In this document: positions 1 to 8,292 of the stretch, in pieces
Layout: every line of letters begins with the position of its first letter
How positions within the stretch are numbered: position 1 is the stretch's first letter
Origin: a virus
Lineage: Duplodnaviria > Caudoviricetes
DNA length: 37,155 nucleotides
Strand: one strand, 5' to 3'
IMG/VR virus record: IMGVR_UViG_3300025018_000302
Coordinates: 1-37,155 of that record
Made by a program: the position numbers and the translations under genes
The notes under the pieces: model-generated
Told to the model about the DNA's origin: nothing
The model's input: the letters and a program-made list of their open reading frames with translations, nothing else
The model's database searches: none

Positions 1-1
1 G

Positions 2-844
2 ATGAAAGGTTTGCCGGCTTCCGGTAAGTCAACAGAAGCAGAAAACCTTGTGCGACAAGGGAATTGGGTTCGCTTGAATCGGGATCTACTTCGCACGATG
101 CTTCACTTCGATAAGTGGAGTGGAAGGAACGAGGGTCACACTGTTGATGCCGAAAAAGCATTGGCAAAGATGTTTCTTGAAAAGGGAATCAGCGTGATCA
201 TTGACGATACGAATCTTAGTCAAAAGCACAAAGATATGTGGCTTGAAATCGCCAAAGAAACCGGCTGTGAAATGGCGACACTAGAGAAGAATCCGTCTTT
301 TGATGAACTTCTGATTCGGGAAGCAAAGCGTGACAAAGTAGGGCTTCATGTTATTTACCGGATGGGCTTCCAGTTCGGGAAAGTACCGCAACCGGCAAAG
401 CCATTCGTGCTGTGTGACATTGATGGAACAATCGCTGATTGCGAACATCGCCGGATGTGGGTTCAGGGTGAAGGCAAAAAGGATTGGAAGAACTTCTTTG
501 CTCACATGGATGAAGATACCCCAATAGCATCAACCATTAAAATGGTGATGGAATACAAAGCCAAAGGGCATGACATCATCCTTTTGACTGCCCGCCCTGA
601 TGATTATCGGGAAATGACTGAAGAATGGGTTGCAAAGCATACTGATATTGATCCAATCACCATCATCATGCGTGCTAGTGGCGACACACGCCCTGATATT
701 GAAGTGAAGAAGCAGATGTTTGAAACCTATTTCAAGGATAAATATCCGATTGAAACCATGATTGATGATCGCCCTTGTGTGATCAGAATGTGGCAAGAAA
801 TAGGTGTGCCGGTAATTGATGTTGGCAATGGGGAAGAGTTCTAA
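2..844 (+). CDS. pseT: Polynucleotide 5'-kinase / 3'-phosphatase (T4 PseT-like), probably lacking a few N-terminal residues at the window edge
   Basis: P-loop GLPASGKST, RLNRDLLR and VIIDDTN kinase motifs; C-terminal HAD domain with DIDGTIAD, LLTARP, K and MIDDRP motifs. Confidence 0.92.
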   Translation: MKGLPASGKSTEAENLVRQGNWVRLNRDLLRTMLHFDKWSGRNEGHTVDAEKALAKMFLEKGISVIIDDTNLSQKHKDMWLEIAKETGCEMATLEKNPSFDELLIREAKRDKVGLHVIYRMGFQFGKVPQPAKPFVLCDIDGTIADCEHRRMWVQGEGKKDWKNFFAHMDEDTPIASTIKMVMEYKAKGHDIILLTARPDDYREMTEEWVAKHTDIDPITIIMRASGDTRPDIEVKKQMFETYFKDKYPIETMIDDRPCVIRMWQEIGVPVIDVGNGEEF

Positions 845-989
845 AAAAGTTAATTGTGCTGTGTGCGGTGTTGAGGTTGAAAGAGCATCACACATAACAG
901 TGAAGTTCAGTTGTTTCGATTGCAAAAAGAAACGCAAGAACGAATACACAAAAGCATACAAAAAGAAGCTTGACCGGAATAGTCATTAA
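828..989 (+). CDS. Small zinc-finger-like protein (53 aa), not in ORF track
   Basis: Manual translation MGKSSKKVNCAVCG...FSCFDCKKKRKN...; two CxxC pairs; start overlaps the end of pseT. Confidence 0.55.
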   Translation: MGKSSKKVNCAVCGVEVERASHITVKFSCFDCKKKRKNEYTKAYKKKLDRNSH

Positions 990-1020
990 ACTATTAATTA
1001 GTTAATCAAAAAATAGTTAT

Positions 1021-1848
1021 ATGGATTCTTATGAAGAAAGGCGAATGGAACAGATCAAGAAGAACTTAAAAATTCTTTTCTTTGGTTTCATTGCCCTTAT
1101 TGGATTGATGGTTGTATTCTCATCATTCTATGTGATTGATGCGGGTGAACGTGGGTTGGTACTTCGTTTTGGTGAAGTAAAGAGTGTTGAATCACAAGGA
1201 CTTCATTTCAAAACCCCACTGTTAGATTCAGTGAAGAAGTTTGATATTCGTGAAGACAAAGTTGAGCGTGAAGCTAGTGCATCATCAAAGGATTTGCAAA
1301 TTGTTTCCACACAGCTTGCAATCAACTATGAAGTTGAACTTAATTCTGTTGAATTGATCTATACCAAATACAAGACACGAGAAATTGCAGTGGCTAAGAT
1401 CATTGATCCTATTATTCAGGATGTCGTGAAGGCAACCACTGCCAAATTCACCGCTGAAGAGTTGATCACCAAGCGTTCTGAAGTGAAAGATCTAATGGAA
1501 AACACCCTTCGTGAAAAAGTTAATGGAACAGGTATCACTGTCACAAGAATGAACATTGTGAACTTTGATTTCTCAAAATCATTCAATCAAGCCATTGAAG
1601 ATAAGGTGACAGCGGAACAGCAAGCGTTAAAGGCTGAAAATGACCTTGCCCGCATCGAATTTGAATCACAGCAAAGAATCACACAAGCTGAAGGTGAAGC
1701 GGAAGCCATTAGGATTCAGGCTGAAGCGGTGAACTCACAAGGTGGTGCAGACTATGTTGAACTGCAACGAATTCAGAAGTGGAATGGTCAAGCGTGTACA
1801 TCTTATTGTGGGTTGGAAACTTCAACCGGACTCTTAATCAATCGTTAA
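1021..1848 (+). CDS. SPFH/Band 7 (prohibitin family) membrane protein
   Basis: N-terminal TM helix, IDAGERGLVLRFG, GLHFKTP, ASSKDLQ, FTAEELITKR, AIEDKVTAEQ, AEGEAEAIRI coiled coil. Confidence 0.93.
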   Translation: MDSYEERRMEQIKKNLKILFFGFIALIGLMVVFSSFYVIDAGERGLVLRFGEVKSVESQGLHFKTPLLDSVKKFDIREDKVEREASASSKDLQIVSTQLAINYEVELNSVELIYTKYKTREIAVAKIIDPIIQDVVKATTAKFTAEELITKRSEVKDLMENTLREKVNGTGITVTRMNIVNFDFSKSFNQAIEDKVTAEQQALKAENDLARIEFESQQRITQAEGEAEAIRIQAEAVNSQGGADYVELQRIQKWNGQACTSYCGLETSTGLLINR

Positions 1849-1849
1849 T

Positions 1850-2053
1850 ATGTTCGGTAACACTATAAAAAAGCGGGTACTTGCTAGAGTGAACGCCATG
1901 ATTGCCGAAAAGGAAAAAGAATTTCTTACCGGCAAAAAGCAACTAGCGGATGAAGCCTTTGAAAAGATTGAAGCTGTTAGAACAGAACACGAGCAGAAGG
2001 AACGTGAGCTTGAAGACAAGTGTGTCAATGACATATTAGGTAAAATAATATGA
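1850..2053 (+). CDS. Hypothetical coiled-coil protein
   Basis: Tightly packed in operon, overlaps next start. Confidence 0.65.
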   Translation: MFGNTIKKRVLARVNAMIAEKEKEFLTGKKQLADEAFEKIEAVRTEHEQKERELEDKCVNDILGKII

Positions 2054-2295
2054 AAAAAGGATTCACATTAATTGAATTGCTTGTGATCATTGCAATCACA
2101 GGAATACTGACTTCAATAGTAATCGCATCACTCGGTGAGTCACCAGATGAGGATGATAATTATAGGATTTGTGGCAGTGGTGAGTGTTATAATGTCGAAA
2201 GTTACACTAAAGAATCTAACTGTGTCTTTATGGCTGAAAATGAGGTTCGGGTGTGCGGGGATTATACTATTACCAAGCTTAACATTGAAGAATAA
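2050..2295 (+). CDS. Type IV prepilin-like small protein
   Basis: MKKG/FTLIELLVIIAITGILTSIVIASL class III signal with E5, followed by a short Cys-containing domain. Confidence 0.85.
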   Translation: MKKGFTLIELLVIIAITGILTSIVIASLGESPDEDDNYRICGSGECYNVESYTKESNCVFMAENEVRVCGDYTITKLNIEE

Positions 2296-2486
2296 TGTCA
2301 CAAAAAATCATTACCCTTGCACAGTTTAAAAAGCTGTATCACGAAGATGTAAACAAGAAAAAGATGGATCGAGCTGACCGGCAGAAACATTTTGATGAAA
2401 TGTGGAAAGCCCTTCCTGATTACATTGAAGGTGAAACCACCGGCATTGTAAAATCAACAAAGAAGGAACAAGATAAAACTAAATAA
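2295..2486 (+). CDS. Hypothetical protein
   Basis: TAATG coupling to previous gene; ends at terminator. Confidence 0.6.
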   Translation: MSQKIITLAQFKKLYHEDVNKKKMDRADRQKHFDEMWKALPDYIEGETTGIVKSTKKEQDKTK

Positions 2487-2489
2487 TAT

Positions 2490-2524
2490 AAAAACCGCCC
2501 ATGTTGTTTAACAGGGCGGTTTTT
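2490..2524. terminator. Bidirectional intrinsic terminator between convergent operons
   Basis: AAAAACCGCCC-N13-GGGCGGTTTTT inverted repeat with A/T tails. Confidence 0.85.
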
Positions 2525-2525
2525 A

Positions 2526-2999
2526 TTATGCATGTAGTGTTCCACAAGGATATTGCCATGATCCAAGATGTGACCGGTTATATAACCACATCCCGAATTC
2601 CATTTGAATGAATGGGTCATTCTTTAATGACCAATCAACCGGTGTATCACGAGTTTCTTTCCATACCCATGCGAACGTGCCATTCAAGAATTGCAGAATT
2701 CCTGTTGCGGTAGAATAAGGATTTTTGGCTTCAGGGTTTGGTATTCCATCACCATCAATATCACTTTCGCATAAAGCAGTCCTTTGTAAATCAGCCGGTA
2801 AAGTAGCAAAGACTTCTTGCCACGTTGGTTCTGATACTTCTTCTGTAAGAATCACCTCTTCTTTTGTTTCGCTCACAACAGATGGTTCTGCTATGGCTTG
2901 CATTGGCAATAAAAGAGCCAATGCCAAAATAAGATATTTGATAAGTTTGATCTTAAATGTAATAGCGTGATGCAACCGGTTCTGAACACACCGACACAA
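2526..2999 (-). CDS. Secreted lysozyme-like / lytic transglycosylase-like protein (true start probably downstream of 2999)
   Basis: Signal-like LIKYLILALALLLPMQAIA; ALCES...NPEAKNPYSTATGILQFLNGTF lysozyme-fold motif with putative catalytic Glu. Confidence 0.7.
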   Translation of the reverse strand: MCRCVQNRLHHAITFKIKLIKYLILALALLLPMQAIAEPSVVSETKEEVILTEEVSEPTWQEVFATLPADLQRTALCESDIDGDGIPNPEAKNPYSTATGILQFLNGTFAWVWKETRDTPVDWSLKNDPFIQMEFGMWLYNRSHLGSWQYPCGTLHA

Positions 3000-3029
3000 A
3001 GTGTCATACCACCATTGGTGGTCATTACA

Positions 3030-4097
3030 TTATATCATCAGCTTATGTAACTGTGCTTTGGTTGTACGACCAACGTAACCTGTCCCCTTAGTGAGTCCAA
3101 AGAACTTCAGCACTTCATTGGAATAGAATTCTTGAAATTCAATCACTGCCTTGCGAGTGATACCACCAAAGTAACCGGTTGCGGTTGGGTAAGTGAAGAA
3201 ACCAAGTTCAGCCAAAGCCATTTGCAACATCTTCACATCTTCACCACGACTGCCAACTGTTAAATCTCGTGTGAATGTGTACTTGAATGAAATTTCAGCT
3301 TCATTCTTTGGTGCGGGCTTTGGATTTGGAAGATTCAAGAAATACAAAGCGTATCGAAGGCGTTCTTTCACAAACTCTTCTGAAAGGTGTCGGATGTTTC
3401 GATTACCGAACCATGCTGAATCCTGAACAATCACATATTTCTTCCCTTTCTTTTCATAAACAGAATCAGGAAGGATGGTCACACAGTGATGAATTGAAGC
3501 ATCATTGCGGTTAAGATTCGGGGTCTTAATTTCAGGGTATTCAAGTGACCATTCATTGCGATTAGCAAAGATAGAAACAAGAATGCCTTTATGAAGACCA
3601 TTGGCGACATTTTTAAGCTGTTCCATTGTCGGATCAGTCATAAAGATGTAACTTGCAGATCGATATTTCTTCCCTTCTTCAATCATTGAATTAGTGATCA
3701 TCACATTATTAATGTCACGTTCCTGTGTTGGTGTTGGAAGGGTAGTTTCTAAACAGTCACCGGTCTTGGTGCAGATGTCACCAACATTGTAATAATACAT
3801 TCCTTCGTATGGGAAATTGGATCGTTGCCGGTAGACATAAGAGCGTGATAGGTCAACAAAGCCTTCACCTTCAAGTTCATTATCAATACCCAACGCAAGG
3901 GAAGCTGAATGAGCCACACAAGATGATGTGCTTTTCTGATCTAGCTTCTTATATAGTTTGGTTGATTTTTCCGCTTCCTTTTCAGTCAAGAAAACCGCAC
4001 CCGCACCGGCATCAAGTTCTTCATGTCGGAAGTCCTTTGACTTTTCAGCTTCAGATCGGTTATCTTCAAGATAACCTGTAAAGATTTTTTCTTCCAT
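3030..4097 (-). CDS. Putative endolysin: papain-like (C1) cysteine peptidase plus C-terminal peptidoglycan-binding domain
   Basis: DQKSTSSCVAH (Q...C), HHCVTI and VQDSAW catalytic motifs; FTRDLTVGSRGEDVKMLQ...TGYFGGITRKAVIEFQ PG_binding_1-like domain. Confidence 0.82.
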   Translation of the reverse strand: MEEKIFTGYLEDNRSEAEKSKDFRHEELDAGAGAVFLTEKEAEKSTKLYKKLDQKSTSSCVAHSASLALGIDNELEGEGFVDLSRSYVYRQRSNFPYEGMYYYNVGDICTKTGDCLETTLPTPTQERDINNVMITNSMIEEGKKYRSASYIFMTDPTMEQLKNVANGLHKGILVSIFANRNEWSLEYPEIKTPNLNRNDASIHHCVTILPDSVYEKKGKKYVIVQDSAWFGNRNIRHLSEEFVKERLRYALYFLNLPNPKPAPKNEAEISFKYTFTRDLTVGSRGEDVKMLQMALAELGFFTYPTATGYFGGITRKAVIEFQEFYSNEVLKFFGLTKGTGYVGRTTKAQLHKLMI

Positions 4098-4099
4098 AA

Positions 4100-4279
4100 T
4101 TATTTACCTAGATAGTTATTATCTTCGCTTCCTTTATTGGCAAAATAGAAGGTAAATGCCATTGTTGCGAGGGTGATAAAGTCTTTTGCTTCCACAGTAC
4201 CGGTAAAAGTAAGGGCGACAACTGCAATTGCCATCATAAGGAAGACAATTTTTGAAGCTGATTTAAATATATTGTTCAT
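4100..4279 (-). CDS. Small 2-TM holin-like protein (59 aa), not in ORF track
   Basis: Manual translation MNNIFKSASKIVFLMMAIAVVALTFTGTVEAKDFITLATMAFTFYFANKG...; immediately upstream of endolysin. Confidence 0.7.
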   Translation of the reverse strand: MNNIFKSASKIVFLMMAIAVVALTFTGTVEAKDFITLATMAFTFYFANKGSEDNNYLGK

Positions 4280-4302
4280 GAATTAATAATTAATTAGTAA
4301 GG

Positions 4303-4506
4303 TTATTTGTCTTCATTATACTGCACATCAGTATCGGTATAAACAGAAGAATCATCTAATATGTGGGTATTTAATTTGACCCAACACCACTGAAATTGAG
4401 AAGCTAAAATTGCTGTAATAACTGTTAAAACCAGCATTGCGAACAAAGCCCCCGCAATTTCTCGGAAGCTAATGTGACGCTTTAATTTCACTTTTAATGT
4501 ATGCAT
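4303..4506 (-). CDS. Small membrane protein of lysis region
   Basis: Single hydrophobic segment; co-oriented and tightly packed. Confidence 0.55.
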   Translation of the reverse strand: MHTLKVKLKRHISFREIAGALFAMLVLTVITAILASQFQWCWVKLNTHILDDSSVYTDTDVQYNEDK

Positions 4507-4509
4507 AAG

Positions 4510-4830
4510 TTAGTCTTTCTCAACTTTAGAAACCAATACATTCAAAAGGATATTTGAAATTTTATTTAGCCCCGCCATGCCAAGAAACGCCCCAACAGCC
4601 GAAAAAAGAATCACCGCAACCTGACTATCAAAGAACATTGTGGCAATCAGACCGAAAATAAGACCGGCAAAAGAAGCGATAACTGTTAAAATAATGAAAT
4701 CCGCTTTGCTGAATTCCACTTTTGTATCTCGTGCTATTTTTAACTGACTAGTAGCGTGAACGATTGCCCCGAAAAGGATCACCCCTATCACTATTAGCAT
4801 ATAATAAAATTCCGGTAACAGTTTCATCAT
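4510..4830 (-). CDS. 3-TM holin-like membrane protein
   Basis: Three hydrophobic helices with small-residue motifs (ASFAGLIFG, GAFLG); lysis cluster position. Confidence 0.65.
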   Translation of the reverse strand: MMKLLPEFYYMLIVIGVILFGAIVHATSQLKIARDTKVEFSKADFIILTVIASFAGLIFGLIATMFFDSQVAVILFSAVGAFLGMAGLNKISNILLNVLVSKVEKD

Positions 4831-4845
4831 GATTCTAGTGCTTAC

Positions 4846-4874
4846 TTGCCATTTTGCGTGCTTTATGCTATATT
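4846..4874 (+). promoter_or_regulatory. Sigma70-type promoter for antisense small membrane gene
   Basis: TTGCCA-N17-TATATT with extended -10 TG; ATG follows at 4882. Confidence 0.65.
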
Positions 4875-4881
4875 ATTATTA

Positions 4882-5031
4882 ATGTTTCAATTAATTCTTA
4901 CATTGGTGGTGATATACGTTTTTATTGTGTATATTTTACCGATTGTTGTCATAATTGCTTTAATGCTTTGGGGTTACATTGGTATGCTTCTTGGTGTTGG
5001 ACAACCTACTGACCATAAATCTCGGAAATAA
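4882..5031 (+). CDS. 49-aa hydrophobic membrane protein, moron-like, opposite to the virion operon
   Basis: MFQLILTLVVIYVFIVYILPIVVIIALMLWGYIGMLLGVG...; own promoter placing the start site at or near the ATG. Confidence 0.6.
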   Translation: MFQLILTLVVIYVFIVYILPIVVIIALMLWGYIGMLLGVGQPTDHKSRK

Positions 5032-6844
5032 GGTCTTCAAGGGCTTTTTGTCTTACTGAATCGCTTCGACCCGCAAACTGCTTCAACATATCAACTCCTT
5101 GCGAGACTATCCCGCCTTTTTCCAAGGCTGAAGTAATTTGACCTTGAAATCCGGTCTTTCCGGCAATGTCATAATAGCGTTCAAGAATATTATAAAAGTC
5201 TTGAAGTTCTTCCACACTAAGTGTGGTTTGTCCTTTCACTGAAGAAGCCTGATCCAGTTGTCGAAGGATTAAACGAATCTTTGGATTCGACATCGAATTG
5301 CTTGTGAGTCTTCGAGCGATCAGACCGGCTGACATATCAAGCAAGTCTTCATCGATGTCAGGATCAAGTAACTTCATCAGCTTACGCATTTCATTCACCG
5401 GTGTGATAATTGTGGCGTATTCCTGATTTAACCGCTTGTAGTCAGCGTTTTTGGTGTCCAAAACATCAGAAAGAGCCTGACGAACAGCCTGAAACGCCCT
5501 TTCCTGTGTACCAGTGATGTTTTCCAGTGACTTCTTTTTACCATCAAGGATTTCAAACAATTCTTGTCTCAATAAATGCTTTGATTTCCCTGAACCATCA
5601 GCAACCGCTTCTTTAAAGATATCATCGATAGCTTTTTGGTCAGTCTTTGAGAGTGTCGAAGCAAGTGCAGTGTCGCTGAAGTCTAGTAACTGACCCTTTT
5701 CAACTCGTGCAATATCACCGGCTGTATCAACCGCATCAACTGTTTGGTCAGCTAATTTAATACCTTCAAGACCCCGCACACTTTGCAGTTTATTGAGAAT
5801 AACCGGTTCAAGTTCAGCCTGTGTGACTGAACCAAGATCATCAGCAACTTCACTTAGTTGTTTCCCAACCTTTTGTGCTTCAGTGTCGAGGGTCTTCAAT
5901 CGGGTCACAATAGGCTTGCCGACAAGTTCAATTGGATTAGTAGTGGTTTCGCCCTTTTCAAACGCCTTCACAGTCTCGTGAAGCTTCTTAAATGATGATT
6001 GAGTGTTCGGATCAGTGACAGTGTAAAGCTTACGGACATCATTTAAATCAATACCATCACGAACCGCTGTTTTTGCTGTATCTGAAGGCAGATTTTGGAT
6101 TGCTTGCCTTGTTGCTTGTGCAGTATCAATATTTGTCTTTGCCCTTCGAGGGATATCAGTAACAAAATCAGTTACAGTATCAGCCCCCGCCTTAACAGTG
6201 TCAGTCACCGGTTTTGCAACATCATTCACGACATTAGCCCCCGCCTTAACAGTGTCAGAAACAGTATCGATAGTTTCAGTAACCGCTTTTTTAACCGGAT
6301 TCTTAATCAAAGCACCACCGGCAACATCAAGGGCAAGCCCCAATGTCCCAAGTGTGGCATCAACATCACGCTTTTGCACATCATCAAGTGATCCATACCA
6401 TTCAACCATTTCTTGTGCCGGCTGTGATTCAGCGATGCCTTGTGCAACTGTTGCAACAGTGTCACCGATGGCTTCTTGTGCCTTTTGTGGGGTAAGTGCC
6501 TTCGCAACACCCATAAAGGTTTCACCGACAATATCAGAAGCAAAGCCCGCACCCTGTCCGAAACGCTGAAGAAGGGAACGCACCATTCCTTGTTCACCTG
6601 AATCTTGTGCCTTTTTAATTTCACCAGTGGCATCAGCACGCTTAATAGCCGAATCCTTAATTCCGGTCACTATACCTTTCAGGTCAGCACCAACACCGGT
6701 TTCAGGCTTGATGCGATCCTGATATTCAGGATATTTGGAAAGAGTAGCTTCACCAATTTCACGATCAGACATCCCCTGATATTGAGGGTATTTCAGCTTT
6801 ACTGACTGACCAAATTCTTCAACTGTGAGTTTGTTATTATCCAT
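5006..6844 (-). CDS. Putative internal virion / DNA ejection protein
   Basis: Large Ala/Gly-rich helical protein with N-terminal KLKYPQY...KYPEY repeat; at end of podovirus-like structural operon. Confidence 0.55.
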   Translation of the reverse strand: MDNNKLTVEEFGQSVKLKYPQYQGMSDREIGEATLSKYPEYQDRIKPETGVGADLKGIVTGIKDSAIKRADATGEIKKAQDSGEQGMVRSLLQRFGQGAGFASDIVGETFMGVAKALTPQKAQEAIGDTVATVAQGIAESQPAQEMVEWYGSLDDVQKRDVDATLGTLGLALDVAGGALIKNPVKKAVTETIDTVSDTVKAGANVVNDVAKPVTDTVKAGADTVTDFVTDIPRRAKTNIDTAQATRQAIQNLPSDTAKTAVRDGIDLNDVRKLYTVTDPNTQSSFKKLHETVKAFEKGETTTNPIELVGKPIVTRLKTLDTEAQKVGKQLSEVADDLGSVTQAELEPVILNKLQSVRGLEGIKLADQTVDAVDTAGDIARVEKGQLLDFSDTALASTLSKTDQKAIDDIFKEAVADGSGKSKHLLRQELFEILDGKKKSLENITGTQERAFQAVRQALSDVLDTKNADYKRLNQEYATIITPVNEMRKLMKLLDPDIDEDLLDMSAGLIARRLTSNSMSNPKIRLILRQLDQASSVKGQTTLSVEELQDFYNILERYYDIAGKTGFQGQITSALEKGGIVSQGVDMLKQFAGRSDSVRQKALEDLISEIYGQ

Positions 6845-6846
6845 AA

Positions 6847-8280
6847 TTAAAATCCTAAATTAAGTGGGTCTTGTCTTCCAACCCCGATTCCAAGTGGATC
6901 TTCATCCACTGAACCACCGGCTTCAACAATCGCTTTGTTGGTAAGACTTCGAAGTGTTTTCAATTCAGTTTCAAAGTCTTTTTCATTAGCCTTGTAACCA
7001 GTGACATTTCCATTCTCATCTTTCATTCGCCAAGTACCAATTCGAGATGCTGAAGCTTCAAGTGCCATCAATTCCTTTTCACTCAATGCCCCAAGTGTTC
7101 CACCCTTTGCTTTTAGAGCAAGAAGGGTATCAAGTGTTTCACGAGAAACAAGCTGTTCGACATTGGCGATGAAGTTCTGACCAGAGCCGGTAAAGGCACG
7201 AGTGAGCGAGAATCTAGCAAGGGGATTTGTACCAACCACGTTACCTGAACCGCCATTTTTAAGTGCAGAAATAGCTTCATTCAATTGACCAACCTTGCCC
7301 TGAAGTGCGGGGACAAGTGCCTTTGATGCTTCTGAAGCTTCCTGTGCAGTAACCGCTTGTTTAAGGCTGTTCACATAAGAAGCTTCTTCACGATTAAGAA
7401 GGGAATTGTAACGTGCCAATTCTTTTGATCGTTCGAATGAGCGTTCAGATTCTTTTTCAGCAAAAGCCTGTTGTGCTTCCATCTTTTCACTTTCAGACAT
7501 ATCATCCTGAACAAAGTCATACAGTGTTTTGTACAACTGCACTTGTTTTGTTTCTTCATCCTTCATGTCCTGAATACGATCCGCAACTGTGCGTTCGGCA
7601 CTTTGCAAATCATTATTAGCTATATCGTACTCAATTGATTTGTAAGCAAGGTTGCGATTAGTGTCTTTGGTAAGCTGATTAATTTCATTATTAATAGCAC
7701 CCATTGAACGACCTGTTTTGTTCTCATTTTCAAGCTTATCTTTCTTTGCTTCAAAATCAACCCGAATGGATCGAAGCTGATTCAAGACACGATTTGCAGT
7801 CTTTGATTTTTCTTCAATATTTGCTTCTTCACGAATCTTCTGTTTATCAGCACTAGTATCTTTACCAAGAATAGACATCAGACCTTGCTGAATCTGTTCA
7901 CGAACTGAAGCCGGTGAAGTAGTATCATCTTTTGTTTTTGATGGATCTTCAACCTGACCAACCTTATCAGCCGATGCCTTAAAACCCGCACCGGTTGCGG
8001 GTGTTGATGTTGCAGTGGTCACAGCATTCTGAACTTGGTTCAAATTAGTTGTTGGCTTTCCAAGTGAATCAGCCGGTGTTGGCTTCACTTCATTTAGAGC
8101 AAATTTAACCGGTGCAGTTGATGTTGATGTCGTTCCTTTTGGTGGAATATAAGACGGCGTGGAAGTTTGTGTTGACATCGAAGTGAATGAAAAAGGATCA
8201 CTTGTTTGCGAAGTTTGAGCCGGTGCAGTTTGTCCTGAACTACCGGTGAAAAAGTTTTTAATTGAGTCTAAAAATCCCAT
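6847..8280 (-). CDS. Putative internal virion / DNA ejection protein
   Basis: Low-complexity T/S/P-rich N-terminus, coiled coil, GALSEKEL motif near C-terminus; position. Confidence 0.55.
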   Translation of the reverse strand: MGFLDSIKNFFTGSSGQTAPAQTSQTSDPFSFTSMSTQTSTPSYIPPKGTTSTSTAPVKFALNEVKPTPADSLGKPTTNLNQVQNAVTTATSTPATGAGFKASADKVGQVEDPSKTKDDTTSPASVREQIQQGLMSILGKDTSADKQKIREEANIEEKSKTANRVLNQLRSIRVDFEAKKDKLENENKTGRSMGAINNEINQLTKDTNRNLAYKSIEYDIANNDLQSAERTVADRIQDMKDEETKQVQLYKTLYDFVQDDMSESEKMEAQQAFAEKESERSFERSKELARYNSLLNREEASYVNSLKQAVTAQEASEASKALVPALQGKVGQLNEAISALKNGGSGNVVGTNPLARFSLTRAFTGSGQNFIANVEQLVSRETLDTLLALKAKGGTLGALSEKELMALEASASRIGTWRMKDENGNVTGYKANEKDFETELKTLRSLTNKAIVEAGGSVDEDPLGIGVGRQDPLNLGF

Positions 8281-8292
8281 AATTTATGCAAA

